From assembly GCA_051294905.1 (NCBI GenBank), contig CM119372.1, positions 35,776,001 to 35,840,000 of the forward strand: DNA of 64,000 nt, given 5' to 3'. Under the pieces are notes generated by a model. The model searched no databases. It saw only the letters and a list, made by a program, of their open reading frames with translations, and had not been told where the DNA came from. This stretch comes from Botryllus schlosseri (taxonomy: Eukaryota). Shown here one piece after another: positions 38,062 to 53,200 of this stretch; position 1 is the stretch's first letter, and each line of letters begins with the position of its first letter. The position numbers and the translations under genes were made by a program.

Positions 38062-39412
38062 ATCTGAGGTAAATACTTCCTATATTATATTTTATGTTTA
38101 ATTTCTGGCGCGACAGACGGATCTCAAGGCCCACGCAGTTTGTAACGTTTCAACTGCTAAATATCACAGAAATCCTAAACGACATAGACTAAAAATTGAA
38201 TAGAGACTGTGGGTGGGCGTCAACATGATCTGCAGAATCTGGAAGGATTGCTCAAAAGGATTTGAAAATTTTTTGGCATCATTTAAGTCACTCGATTTAT
38301 CAAAACAGAAGGGTTGATTGCGACGATTGAGTGAGTAACTGAGTAATTTTATTGTATCAATATAATGACTGTACCTTCGTAATATAAAATCGGAACTAAC
38401 CGAAAACTATCATTGAGCTGGTTGCTAAAATGCTAAAATATATTACTTTTTTCCGGGTCAGGGCGTTGAATCTCGATCAATGATTCGAATCGGCATTATT
38501 CCGAACAATATTGCATCGGCAAAACAGTACTAGCACAGGAGTGGTCAACCTGAGGCCGTAGTGGGAAATTAATGCGATCGTCGACATGCAATTTGAATTT
38601 ACGAATTGATCCCAATTTCATGGGAGATTTTATTAAATCTTGAAATTTTCTTCGCGCTGGGCACGATTCAATGTCACTTCATTTTTCGATTTTAATAGTA
38701 ATTTTGTAATCATAGAGCCCGCAGTACAGATACGATTAGCAGAGGAAAATATTGCGCCTCATATAGAAATACCTACTCGTATAATCGTGTGCTCCGCACG
38801 ATACCGACAATCCTGATGGGAGGTCAAGAAATGCAAAGAGCAGCATGTAACAAAGTGACTATAATATTAATTAGCCCACCCGAAGATGCATCATCATTTA
38901 TAACTTGCCCTAAATTTTTTCGAATCTGATCATATGGGATGAGAAAATATGTTAAACTACAAATAGGCTACTAATGACGAGACTCATAAATAAATCTGAA
39001 AAAAATTTAGCGCTTAGCGCGGCTATGAACAATCCCATAACATGACCAGCGACCACTTGCGAAGTCGGTGCTTTAATTAAACCTATTTCATTATATATTA
39101 GTCCAGAGTTCGCCGGAAATAGACATAGACACCTTAACATGGGTATTGAGCGTCCAGCTAGTTCATTACGACTATACCGGCCAATGCGGCCATAGGCTAT
39201 ATCAGTGATTCCCAACCGCGGCCCCCAGCTAGCATTCTTGCGGCCCCCAGAAAATATTAAGAAATCGAGTTATGACAAAAAATAAAATCTATATTTATAA
39301 AATACACTTGCTTGGCTTGGAGTCTGGAGTTTTTAATTAGGATTGCAGGTAAGTCGTGAAAAGACTGCTATCGTTACGTCACTGCTGCTATCGTTACGTC
39401 ACTAGGTAAAGA

Positions 39413-40815
39413 CAGGACCATAACTGCCGCACGCCAAACCCCCATAAATTATAGAGTATTTTTTTAAAATTTATGCATCTTTTTCAAAATTTTTCACTGT
39501 AGGCGTGATTTCATGCTACCATATATCTTGAGTTTTGGGTACTCATCCTCAAGAAAAAATGCGTACGATTTATAGAAATGGGCATTGGGCATATCGGCGT
39601 TGGCCATTACCGCGCCACGACGAACCAAGACTTATTAAGTTTCAGGCCATGTAACATGCGACTCCAAGAGGTGTGTCAGAACGATCGGCAGCGAGAACAC
39701 CTTGGCCGAACAGGACTGCCCTTATGATGACCGAAATATTCATTATATATACAAAATACTGCCTTGGTAATCTGAACCTCACGAGACAGGGAAAAATTAT
39801 ATTCCAGTGAAGAAATACCAATTTGAAATCGTGTGCGTCTTTTAGTTTAGAAGGCTACTTTTTGGCGATTCTATATTTTTTGTTATCGCAGACAGGAGGT
39901 CATGAAATAACATGTTACGGAATCATACTAACGGGCCCTACAGTTTCCAAGACACCTCACTCAGCTCTACCGGTTAATCTGATTACATGAGCAGCGAGAA
40001 CAAGAAATTGATAGCAATATATATGCAATTCCCGATCATATTGACCGATTTTATCATGAATTATCGAAAATTTTCGCGCTATGCGCTGGCCCACTTCACA
40101 GTAAAGCTAGTTTCATGACAGCACCGAACAAGGTAATAGGGGTAGGTTTATCACCCTATGGGAGCCCAAGACCCTAGTTTATTTTAGTTTAATTTATTAT
40201 TTTTTTTGGGGGGGGGGCTGACGAAATGCTGTTTCGTTCCTGATAACGGGTATACGCCCGAAGAATAATTATTATTGAGTGGTCCTACCTTTTCAAACAC
40301 ACCTCCCTCGGCTCTACCTGTAAAACTGATTACGTGAGCAGAGAGAGGATAAAAATTGATGGCAATATAAATTCGATTCCCGATCTTATTGACCGATTTT
40401 ATCATGAATTATCGAAAAATTTTGCGCTTCGCGCTGGCCCACTTAACAGTAAAACTAGTTTCGTGGCAACAGCGAACAAGGTAATAGGGGTAGGTTTATT
40501 ACCCTATGGGAGCCCAAGACCCAAGTTTATTTTAGTTTCATTTAATAATTATTTTTATGGGGGGGGGGGCTGACGAAGTGCTTTTTCGTTCCTGCCAACG
40601 GGTATACGCCCGAAGAATAATTATTATCGAGTGGCCCTACCTTTTCAAACATACCTCCCTCGGCTCTACCTGTAAAACTGATTACGTGAGCAGAAAGAGG
40701 ATAAAAATTGATGGCAATATATATTCGATTCCCGATCACATTGACCGATTCAATCATGAATTACAGAAAATTTTCGCGCTTCGCGCGTCTAGGCGATAAA
40801 AGCTGACTCGCTAAA
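39413..40815 (+). mobile_element. hAT MITE family A copy with internal ~360-bp duplication
   Basis: Colinear with 6148-7300. ~40020-40380 is repeated at ~40380-40745. Confidence 0.85.
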
Positions 40816-41637
40816 CTGCCGTGAAAGCATCATAATTGGTAGTCCTATAGCTCACGACCGAAGCGTCCGAATAATTTGATCCGGTCCGGTCATTATCGAA
40901 TGCTAGTGTCGCACTGATTCCAAAAATATGAATTGAAATCTCGCCAGGGCAATAAAACTACTCCGAAATAGCCACCAAAGGTCGATTGTTCTGAACAATA
41001 GGAGCGGAACAGCACAATGACCATAACAATGGCCAATGGCGTCGAGCGATTGATCGAAACAATGCCAATTTTCAGATTTTGAAGACTATTTTGGGTCCGT
41101 TTCGTTGCCCTGGTATTCGTGCGGCCCCGACCGTACTCTGAAATTCTAAATTTGGCCCTGACACCGAAAAAGGTTGGGAACCACTGGGCTATATGATTAG
41201 TCGAAATGCGGCCGTGAATGGCTGAAAAGTTGGCAACCACTGCACTAGAATTACATTGAGGATAATTACTCCATATAGTTGCTATTGTTCTCATCGACAT
41301 GGCGTGATCTCGTACTCCTCTCAATAGTTGGTTGCGTCAGCATGGCCAGGCAATCTTTCACACCGGGGTGGTGTGCGAAAACCTCCACCAATGCCCTCTT
41401 ATTCAAAATATACCCGGTACACATTTTCGCACTTCTTCGATATAGACTACACGTCGCGAAGTGTTCCGCATGAATTGCCTGTTAACCTTGAAAATTAACA
41501 AGGAGCATTCGTCAAGATTGAAAACTGGAAGAATTGTACAAAATAGATGATTTATGCATTTGCGAGAAACATTTTATGGCATCTTATTCATTGAAAGGTT
41601 AGGAAATAATTTTGTAACCTTCATCATTGTGTACGTC

Positions 41638-41826
41638 CAATGTTCCCTGTAAGCTGCGCACGTGCGCAATTGCGCAGTCCTGACACGGTCTCTGCGCACA
41701 GAAAATCCACGCTGCGCAAAAAAATCCGAAGCGATGACCTTTTTTTTAGTCGGCACTGTTGTCCAAAGGCCCGCGCAGTCAGTTGGTGAGTGCATGCATG
41801 CTCATGAAAAATTAGAGGGAACTTTG
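41638..41826. mobile_element. hAT MITE (TGCGCA-rich)
   Basis: CAATGTTCCCT / AGGGAACTTTG ends and perfect TSD TGTACGTC. A homolog lies at 51550-51869. Confidence 0.85.
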
Positions 41827-44003
41827 TGTACGTCTATGGTATTTTATGTATACCCGTCAGAATTTTTCGCTATTTGCATTACGCTTTATGACCTGAGCAT
41901 GAACATCAACTTGTATTTGTATATACTGCCTAAAATACCCAGGTTATATTTTTCCAGTAAAATAACTCTACAATCTTCCAATGCAAAATATCTATCTTGA
42001 ATATGCTCATGCTCATATATACATTACATATGTGGCAATGCGGAAATTACTTGACGGCTTGAATATTTAACGTGATTTGAATTGTAGTTGACTGGCAAAA
42101 TTGTGACATAACAAATCCGATTTTGTAATGTCTAATGCATAATTTTTTACAGGACCGTTATTGACTAATTTGAAAATTGTGGTCCATTCTAACTTTCAAG
42201 AAAAGATTGTTGACGTTTTCAAGAAAAGATTGTTGACGTAACGAAACAGCCGCAAAGCAAACCACAACCGAGAGGAAATTGGAAAGTGTTGTGTACTACT
42301 AAATTTTATAGAATCCTGGCACGAGTCCGAGTGGCATAAATCTGCTCAGAATAATATCGTTTCTGATGATTTACGAAAAAAACTTGATCCTATTTTAAGC
42401 CTTCAAATCTCCGGACGACGTAGATCAATCTCCACAATTATCGGTAAATCAAATACTAATACCAATCCTAATCCGACAAAATTTCACAAATCCGACTTTA
42501 CGAAATCCTATTCCATGCTCATCTCTATCCGATGCTCAACGTCATGTAAAATCCTGCGAATGAAACATATGCGCCGACTTTTATTTTTACATGGGGGGGG
42601 GGGGGGAGGGAGCAAGATGAAAAAAGGGAGGGGTTTGAATAAAAAGGGAATTCTTCATAGGGCCAGATTTCGTTAAAATCAAGTTTTGTCATGTAAAAAT
42701 TTGTCAGTTGGCAGGTCAAAAAAGTTTTTTCCAGCCAAACTACTTCATGAGGACAGACAGTTCCAACCAGAAATGAAGATAAGTAGTATAATTCCAACAT
42801 TATGTGGGAAAACACCTAATTTGCATACGATAGGTCAAAATATGGTAAAAAGTAAGTTTTTCAAGGTAAAAAAATCGCCTGAGTCATTAGGAAAGAGTGA
42901 CAACGCTCGAAGAAATAACACTTGAGAATGCATATTTTGTTACGTGACGAGAAACATTGACGCTATCAGCTATTAGGCACAGTTATTCGATCGGTCATAA
43001 CTGCACAGCACTGTTTCATAAATTGTAACAAAAATGGATGCACAATGCACATAGTACATTTACCGAATGGCTCAAAAATAGGTATGTATCTTAACATAGT
43101 AATTCGCATAAACATGGAAGTTCTTTTTTCTACATATTGACTTGACCTGAATGATTTCCGTTGACCAAAAGTTTGGTTCTTGTTATTCTGAATTCTGAAT
43201 TTTGATAACGAATTCTGACATTGTAGCAAAATATGTTTTCTAGAATGAAAGTGATGTGATATGCAGTATTTAAGTGTTATAGTAACTGAAATATATATAC
43301 CCTGCATATAATTCTCAATGATATCATGGTGTTGGTATCCTTATTGAAATTTAGTCACGACTAGTATCAGCGCATTAGGAGTCCATGAAGAGGTGAGGTA
43401 TTTACGCTGTAATCCTGCTTCTGTAATACCCATATGATGTCACATTGTTATGACGCCCGGATTTGATCAACCTCTTCCGTGATCACCTTTACTGTTGAAA
43501 GAATAAATAGTGATGTGTGAGCCTGGAAATCTGTTGAGTGAAGGAAAATGTTGGACCGCCTCTATTTCGCCCACTTCTTCGAAGTCACTATTTTGCAAGC
43601 CAACTATAACTGTAGGAGTTGACAAACTAGTCGTTATCAAAATTAAATGACTACATGCAAAGGCTACGCTGCGAATTATTATTTATATATCATTGACTGT
43701 ACACCAGTCGATCAAACCTGAAATGGACAGTGACAGGAACTTTTTATCTATTGTGGGTCGCTCTTGCGAACACATACATCGATAAGATATACCATCACAT
43801 CATAGTAAATTGTACTCAAATAGTTTGAAAAAGTAGGTTAAGACCAGACTTTGCAGACGTTTGTTAGTCAATTGTATATTAAAATCAATTGGGTTAAGTA
43901 GAAAATAAACGGTCTGAAAAGTACTCAAGTAGTCTGAAGAATTAAGTTGAGACCAGACTAGTATAGACATTTGTCAGTTAATTGTATACTGTGTCTAGAA
44001 GCT

Positions 44004-44047
44004 GCTGACGATTACCCTGACGTGGATCAACCGAATATATTCGGGTT
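44004..44047 (+). ncRNA. Degenerate PLE hammerhead motif in pLTR remnant (~43995-44090)
   Basis: GCTGACGATTACC-CTGACGT-GGATCAAC-CGAAT-ATAT-TC-GGGT, followed by the same AT-rich pLTR tail as 2750-2790. Confidence 0.65.
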
Positions 44048-45054
44048 TATTCGATAGACTATATGAATACATTATTCAATTGTATATTGGAGCATTCGAA
44101 TCACAAACTGAATCTCCGTAACAAAGGAATAATGACTAATATTACTTCAAATACGTGATGTTTTGCGAAGTCCTCAAGTCGAGGTTTTGCCAATTTTCAC
44201 AACTTGAGAATACTTGATTTGAGTCAGTTTTAGAACTTGCCTGAATTGACTTGAAAAATTTAGAAATGGTTTCTTTACTTGATTAAAAAGCTGCAATGAC
44301 TCCAAGATAGTGACCATATCCTAACACTACCCCGTGCTATGAAATATCCACCGTTATTTGCTACTGCGAGAACACTTCCGATCACAATATACATCACGTA
44401 GGCACACTGGTACATCAGTTTTGTCTAAATATTAAGTCATGCTACCAGTAGTGGTCAAAACCTGCACAGTATGCACACATTTCACAATCAACAGAGGTCA
44501 TGATAGAAACTTTTCACAACTTTTATTCTAGTTCCTAAAAAAAGATTGCTGACGAACCTTTTGTTTACAATCAGGGGTGTCAAACTCATTTTGCGCCGCG
44601 GTCCGGGTTCAAACCTTCAAATCGCTCTTTGGCCGGACTATTCAACTGATTCCAAAATGTTACCTCGAGCTCTTGCTTTTCACTTGATCACCTCATAAGC
44701 ATATATAATGAATAATAGACGGATCATAGGGTTATTAAAGTAGCAAGTCGCAACACTTTTATTCGCGAACAATAGAATTGGTCAAAATACGATGATTGTG
44801 CAGTTGAATACAGTTCAGAACTGCTAAAACAGTGGTGGCAACGACGATATAAGTTGGCATATTCTATATTCCCTTTGATTCAACCGTAATCTGGCGTTAG
44901 CTCTGCATATGCGTTGTGAGAAATACAACCTATTCAATTGGAAACGCGGACGTTGCAATTTGGGTCAATATTATTATACCGCGAGTCCGGTTTCCCTCTT
45001 GTCTGAGGATCTATTGGGTCGAAAGTGACACCATAGTGTCATATATGATGTGGA

Positions 45055-45493
45055 CAGTGGTGGCTTTTGGGGTGGGCGAGGTGGGCGGTCGCCCGCCCCC
45101 CCCTATTTGGATTTTGCGCTTTTTTGAAGGATAATGACGAATAAACATGGAAATCCGTGTACCGAGCAAGAATATGATTCCGTACAGATGTGTCAATCAT
45201 CATCAAATCACTGCATTTGTTAGAAAAGTCCCGTATCCCGATAATCATCACGTCTCTGCATGCGGTAGAATTACTTAGATTTGATGTAGTCTATCCTTGC
45301 ACACATGCAGAAAAGACATGGCCGAATCCAGCACCTGGGCAAACCTTTGCGGTGGTGAAAGATAGATAATAATAACCGATTATTCGAAAGGGGGGTCTGG
45401 GGGGCGGAGCCCCCCATAAGTTACGGATAGATACTTATAGGCCCCCCCCCGGTAAGTCTCGCCCAGGGCCCCGCGTTCGTAGGGCCACCACTG
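45055..45493. mobile_element. hAT MITE
   Basis: CAGTGGTGGC / GCCACCACTG TIRs. TSD GATGTGGA/GATGGGGA. Confidence 0.8.
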
Positions 45494-46944
45494 GATGGGG
45501 ACACAGCGAGACTGAACGGCTCACGGCATTTGGGTTACGTCATACTTTCCATTTGACCAAAGGAAACTTTACGGACATTTTTGACCGGCTTGGCGGGCGC
45601 TTAATTCAATCAACGGAAAGATGCTGCTGCATTGATTACGAGAATGTAAATTTTATTCTGTTCCTGGTCCTGGTTCCTGGTTCCTTTTATTATTTCAAAC
45701 CGAATTCCATAACTGCATTTCTTGAATACGTGGTTGTGTCTTTAAAATCGAGGCCTTCGATTTCATATGAACGAGAGCTGAAAATCCATTTAGGTTATCA
45801 ACTATTTTGTAAATTTAGAGGCTACGGAGACCCCGCGAAAATGCTTCGTGGACCCCCGGTTGAGAAACACTTTGATAGAGTCAATAGATTCTCGATTTGC
45901 AAAACAAGCGTGCTAGTTGTAAAATAGAAATAGACAGCGACAGAATAACATAAAGCAAACGTTATCATCGCATTGGAATATGTTCAATACTATTTCGCTA
46001 CAATCCCTGAACATGTTCTCCAACTACCGCTATAATGTATCTGCAGTGACTCTACTTAATTTCTACTGTTCCATGATGCTGTGTGTTGCTGGTCTTTTCG
46101 TTCCCAAGTTTTCATTTTTTTTAAATTAGATGTCAACTGTAATTATTGCTCCTGGCTCGGTGACTCAGCTTCAAATACTTTGACATATCGAGTTTCTCGT
46201 CAAGCTTGCATGCCACATTTCACTCTGTTGTGCTATGTGTTACTAGTACAATATATACACACACGCTTACACGGCCACATAACAGATCATCGGTATCTGT
46301 GTTTCACGTGACGCAGAATTTCACGAGGATTACTTCAATACTTCTATTGGATATAGATAGAAATCATTCAAAAAGACCCATATATACGTTGGTATAGCCT
46401 AGTTCTGTTTCACGGACGTTGTCAAGTTCATCATTGCATAATTGCTATTACTGCACACATAGTCGCCAGCTTGTTACACAGACCGTGAGAAGGTTAAGGT
46501 GAAGGTGTTGATCATTTTTTAGTAATCAGCATTTCAAATTGAGAGGTGGGCTCGCGGATCGTTTACAAATCAGAATTCGGGGTCGCGACCTTTAAAATGT
46601 GTAGCGTAATGGTATTCATGGGAAAGTGCAGGAAACGAATTCCAAGTTTAGCAAGTTTCTATGCACATAACTGCTACATGTTGAGAGTTCACGAATCTAT
46701 CAAAATTGTTTTCTTTCGCTTCGCTGGTGCGTGGGTCTACACCTCGCAAAGTCAAGCTGGAAAACTCATCACATATTCTTGCGACCTGAAGTACAGAAGT
46801 CAAAAATCCAAAATTGCATTTGCGGCATCCAATTCTACAATTCAATATGTTGATCGATTACAAAGCCCAATATAAAGTAATCATAGGTAATTTCATTTTC
46901 AATAATCCTATCAATAAATTTTACGGAGTGGCTTTCGGTCCAGT

Positions 46945-47255
46945 TTACACACAATTTACTCCCGCGTCTTCGGAATGGGCGCAATTGTGTACGCCCCATC
47001 CAGCGTGACCACATGCAGAGATGTCAGTCTCCGTCCCGAGACACTGTACGTTATCCAGCCATATATGGGTCTCCCCTCCGCCGACAGTCGAAACTGATTG
47101 CACGGTACTGTAGCCAAGCATACGACAGACAACCGCCCCATCTTGGGGACCCCAGTCATCGTCGCATATTGTTCCCCAGACGCCGTTGTGATAGATTTCA
47201 ACACGTCCTGATGCCTCTGTTCCGTCAGACAACCGTATTCTCGGATTCGGCACTC
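46945..47255 (-). CDS. Group A SRCR domain exon (terminal)
   Basis: RIRLSDG...GRVEIYHNGVWGTICDDDW...VVCRMLG...IWLDNVQCLGTE...HNCAHSEDAGVNCV*. tttcag acceptor. Confidence 0.95.
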
Positions 47256-50200
47256 CTGAAACGTTGAATATACACACGTCGCACACACCCGAACAGCATA
47301 TACACATTGTATTGCAAATTTCCCTTCAAGTTTATATAGAAATGCAAGTTGCCGACAAAAAAATATAACACGGCAGTTGTGCTGATCATTACGCTATATG
47401 CTCTTCATCATTGTCATGGTCCTTGATCCCACCAAGCTCAATTTTCAAGTTCGGGTCTACGCACCAGCGAAGGAGAATTCCACAATACTATGAATCGGTT
47501 ACAAAGATGTAGGACTTGTCAAAATGACCAGAGTGTTCAAATCCTCTGGTTAAAAGTACTGATATTATTGATTCTAGACGAGCGGCGAGAGTGAAAGTTA
47601 ATTTTCTCAAGATCTGAATACGTGACTAAGAATTTTTTCGGATGTATCGTTGCGATACCTCCGTAACACCTATATGGTCCCGTTGAATTCTCCAGCTTGA
47701 CTGTATTACAGCACAGTGTTGGGATCAAGTCACTACCTTCGAGTCACGAGTCCTTTCGAGTCATTGCACATTTTCACTCGAGTCAAGTCAAGCCAATCGA
47801 TTTTCAAAGGTGACTCGAGTCAAGCCAAGTCACTCGATTTTTGGAGGTGACTCGAGTCAAGTCGAGTCAAGTCAAGTCAAGTCACGAGTTAAGTCACATT
47901 TCAAGTCAAGTTGCCTTTTCGATGCATGTATGAGGCATGATTACGTCATTGCAATTTGCTAGCTGTCTGAAATACAGTTTGAGTGGTCATTGGTCATTGA
48001 TTCTGAACCGATGAACGAATGTAGAGTTGAATATACACGCACGAAGGCGCTTTATCGCTCACATATACGTAGAACTGTTAAACTACTTAATTGCATAGCC
48101 TCAGTTTATAGTTACCAGCCAAAATGGAGAATAGGGAAACGAATTGATAAGGCAATACGTTACCCATTTACAAATAGATATGATACCATTCGAGCCTGCG
48201 CCAATGGTTGAGGACTGTATAAACTATATTCGACTTCAATTTCAATAAAACAATCGGTTTGGTTAAGGTAAGATGAGACCAGAAATATACATTTTACTAT
48301 TCTATTACTTTACCACTAGAGTTACAACAACGTAAGCTTTAAGCTTCGATCACTTCGTTTGCAGTCAATCTATTTGTGAGAGAACAATCGAGGCTCGGTG
48401 AAATGCACGCTTATTGAATGATTGGTCGCTCTCAGTCTCACGGGTTACACAAGCGTTTCGCGAACAATCCGAACATATCCAAGATACAGTGATTTTTATC
48501 GACACCGATTACTTGATGACTTGAAATTGACTCGTGAATTTTGCTCCGAGTCACGAGTCAATCCACATTTCTGATGCGCCGAATCAAGTCAAGTCAAGTC
48601 ATTTTGGCAAAGTGACTCGAGTCAAGTCAAGTCATGCGAAAAAGGTGACTCGAGTCTGACTCGAGTCAAGTCATGACTCGAGTCATCCCAACACTGTTAC
48701 AGCATCGAAAACATGCGTGAAACGGCCTGCGCATTTTCATTGAAAGTATGTTTCTTTGGAAGTAGCGATAAACCAACGGTGCTGTCACACTGATTTATCT
48801 CTAATTTTCGGTAGACGCGTATAGGACTGGCAAATTCTTTATGTAGTGATATATAAAAGGTATGCAGAGTATACAAGTTTCAGTTTATCAAACTTTCCGT
48901 ATCTGTATGATGCCATAAGAGGTGGCATGCGAAAACACTATGCGCGTACGTTCATACTTGACTCGTAATCGAATCACATGGGAATTCCATTTAGTCCAGC
49001 AATATAGAACTATGCCTGTATGTTGCATAGGAAGATGTATTCTATTAGCATGATCATTTAAATGCAAGTTTGCATGGACTAAGGAATGAGAATTAATGTC
49101 CACTGATACGAAATCGATTCTAATCATTTTTATTGATGTCTGATTCGAATCAGGCGTTTCGAATTAAATCATGCCTCCATACCATCGAATCACAGCATTC
49201 GAGGCGAATCGACATTAATAATCGCGGTATGGATACTTGGTATTATCTCCAGAGGTGTTCAAAGTAGTAGCCTAAGTATTGTCAGTAACGCAGAAATAGA
49301 AGAAACCGGTAAATTTCAACTAAATTACAAGTAATAGAAGTCATTTACAAGATATGTCAAAGCTACTTTAAATTGAAGTAGAAAATGAAAGTATTCGAGT
49401 ATAATTCAAAAAGTAGATTTGGTCAAGGGGCCGCATTAATTGTTGGCTGGATGAGTACTTTCGTAATTGCAAGATGTACCTTCGTGACTAATACAATACG
49501 ACTAATCGCTGGGCAAGTTTTTGCAAGTTTTTCAACTTTTTTACATCTTGCAGGAGCTTTCTAAATATGCCATATTTATTTAGTATGATGTTTTAAGTTG
49601 TTTGTAAGAATTTTAGATTGCAACATTTTGCAAATTTTTCTACTTTTTTCATGAAACTTTTAACTGCAACTTTTATCAAGTATTGCGCAAAATGCGAAGG
49701 AATGGTTTAAAACACACGCCGTAAAACTATTTCTAGTATGGCTCCCTCTTTGAAATGCTTTACCTAAAGGGCTTTGTGTCGGATTGGCTGCATTTCAATG
49801 ACATCTATGACGCAATGCCTTGTAAGTTAGAAGTTCAACAATCCCAGCCAAGCACGACTGTGCCCGGACTATATGCTACTACTTGCCCTACGAACTACGT
49901 GCCCTACTAATCACACTACAAATAGAGGTAGGCTACAATTGTCGAAACTATATATTGGTTATCATGATCAGACATGGGGTAATCGTGAAAAGTAATCGTA
50001 ATCGATTACGGCGATTAAAGTATTTTCAAATAATCGTGATCGCAATCGATTATATTCGAAAAAATTCCGAAGTAATCGTAATCGTAATCGACTATCTCTA
50101 ATCGATTTCTTTGTGAAAGAACGATTACTTTTCATTTGTGCAAGGACCATGACATAAATAACTGAACATTCGTGAGCAATGATGTACAGCAGTTATTGAT

Positions 50201-53200
50201 AGCGGAGACGTCGGATTTTCAAACGGCTCGTTATGGCGTCACAAGTATTAGCTTGGTTCGTTATTGTGCAACAAGTTATCCTCACGTAGTAAATAGACAT
50301 TCGATATACGTACAAGTCAGAATGTACATATACGTACAATTGTACATGTAGTACGGTGATTGTAACACAACACCCGCTAAGCCTTATATCAGGCTATCAA
50401 TACACTCCAGAGTCTAGACGCCGGTGCCTCGCAGCTCGCAGGATAATAATCACCACTCTGCTCAGTTTCAAATATAGTAACGTATGCGTTGATGTTTTGT
50501 TATGCTTAGTTAAACGCACTTTGACCGTTGCTGCTTGACGGGCAGTAGGCTTATTTAGGTACACCGGACAAAGATTTGAAATTTCGTACTTGTCAAATCC
50601 AAAATGACGATTTCCACATAAAAGCATTAAAAACCAATGGTTGCTGATAAAACATCGTAAACTAGCCGTTATTTGCCGTTTCTTGTATAACGGCAGCTCG
50701 AAATATATTTATTAATTGGATCATAGGAAGAATTTTATGTTTATTTTATCTTATTGTCATATGGCTCTCCTGGAAACCAATCGCCAATGGCTATTTCGCA
50801 ATCCCATACTCGTCATTTAGATGTGCACTCTTGGCACTCGCTTATAGACCATGTTAGTGTGGGTTGCAGCTAGAATCAGGACCGAAACAGTATTTAGCCC
50901 ACCCTCAAACGGTGGTTAAGCGCGAAAATTGAGGGCACGTAATTTATAACTATAGCATCTTATGGTGGGCCCGTTATTAATATTACGTAATCAAAAGATA
51001 TTGAAGTCGCCCAAACGTAGCGAACTATAAGAAATCCAAACGTAAATCTTTCGTCAGACGCACCCAGGAAAAATATTCATTTCTGCACGTGGTGCATCAT
51101 TTTCTTTAGTGGGTGCCCCGGTGAGTAATCGTGGTTACTTTTCCAAAGTTATCGTAATCGCAATCGACTACTTGCTGATTTTGCTGTAATAGTAATCGCA
51201 ATCGACTACACTCATGAAGTAGTCACCACATGTCTGCTCATGATACAGACTATTTTCAGTAAGTTTGTATGACAATTCACCTCATAGAAATGCTTTTCAA
51301 AATCCACGGTAAATAATATAGTCGTTTGGTTAATAACGCTGCATGAGGGAAGTAACCCAAAGCATAACCACCCCGGAGTGCAAGTAGGCAAATCCTACTT
51401 GAGTTCTCTACGCCAAAATTGTCGAAGTACTTTGCTACTGACGACCTCTTATTTTACTATTAGTCGAATCGAATCTGATTGACAGCTCCCAATAACCATG
51501 TTTGACTTCCTCGAGTTGACCACTCATTCGCACTGATGGAGCATGCAAGCAATGCCCCATCTAATTTTTCAGGTGTATGCACGCACTCACCAAGTCACTG
51601 CTCGGTCCCTTGGACAACAGTGCGTAAAGACTAAATTAAGGTCATCACTTCGGCTTTATTGTGCGCGCGACACATTTTTCTGTGCGCGCAGACATTGAAA
51701 GCAGTTGCTTTTATTGATCTTATTTTTAATTCAGGTTGTATTTCTTTTTGTGCGCGGCTTATATTTTCTGTGCGCAGAGACCAGGGATATCTAGAGTTTG
51801 AGATATCCCTGGGAGAGACCGTGTCAACAGTGCGCAATTGCGCACGCGCGCAGCTTGGAGGGAACAGTGCATGCAAGCTTACAACAATTCTGCATGTAAC
51901 GCACGCTCGCATACCAGACACCGGCATTTTAAGTGGAGGCTAATACCAGGAAAAGATATATTGGCAAATATCAAAAAATTGGTAAGCCAATTTTCTCCCT
52001 GTTCTCGTGGGTGTCAGTTGAGATTTTGGTAACAGATTGTAAAACTCCATGAGTTACATCAAACGCACGCATTGGCTTAGTTGTGACTATGGCCGTTACA
52101 GAGATATTGACAAATAGAGTGATTTTGGGGTATAAAACTTTTTTGCAACCCAGTTTTCTTTATGTTCGCATGCGTTGTCAGTTTAAATTTTGGTATCAGA
52201 TTGTGTAAGTCTAAGAGCTACATTGAACTCGCGCATTGGCTTTGTTGTGGCTAAAGCCGTTCAACAGATATTGACAAATACAGTGAATTTTGGTGGTACT
52301 TTGTTATATTGAATAGTATATTCAATATTCATATTGAAATGAACCCGAATATTTTCGGCTGACACTTGTCAGGGGTAATCGTCAACAACTAGTAGATAAT
52401 TCAAAAGAAACATCGTATATCAACAATCGTAGATCAACAACGTTGGTATATGTTACCGATGGTCTACGGATTAGATTTCGGTATCACGCCCGCAAACCAG
52501 ACACTGGCATGTGAAGAAGAGGGAAATACCCTAAAGAGGTATCTGCTCTACTTCTGTCATCAAACGATTTTCACATATTAAAGATATCAGTGTACAATTT
52601 GGGGTTGCATTTAAAACAAACGGTGTTTTAAAACACTTTGTTTAAAACATGTTTCAAACAGTGTTTTAAAGAACGGCCTTTCAAAAAAATTGTGTTTTTT
52701 TAAAGCTGTAAAATTATGCCATAATTGTGTCAATACTTTACAAAAAACATGTTGTATGAGCCTACGGACAATTACCACCCTATGTAGACGACGTATATCG
52801 ATGTGGGATGATTGAAACCCACAACATAGTCGGTTCAACAGCAATTAGCCTACACATATTTCGTCAAACGAGCTATTCTTACCCTATTTTTTCAATTGTC
52901 AATGTCAATCCCCTATGACGTCACAATTGAATATTCGTGACGTCATGTTTTTTTTTTAAAACATAAAAAACTATAAAAAACATGTTTTAAATCAGTGCCT
53001 TGTTTTAAACATATTTGTTTTAAATCGATTTTTGTTTTAAATGCAACCCTAGTACAATTGTACAGTACATACGCGGGATTCGATTCACGCCTTAGGAAGT
53101 ATGAGCGGCCTATGTGCAGAGGGACTTACGATATTCGAACACTTTCCACCCTGTCGAGTTGTGGAAATGAAGGAATTACATTGACGATTTAGGTCGAAAG

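Noticed and set aside
43470..43610. Extra minus-strand terminal exon after the SRCR exon
   Set aside because: There is an acceptor and short open frame, but the SRCR exon ends in a stop with no phase-compatible donor, and the peptide is unrecognisable.
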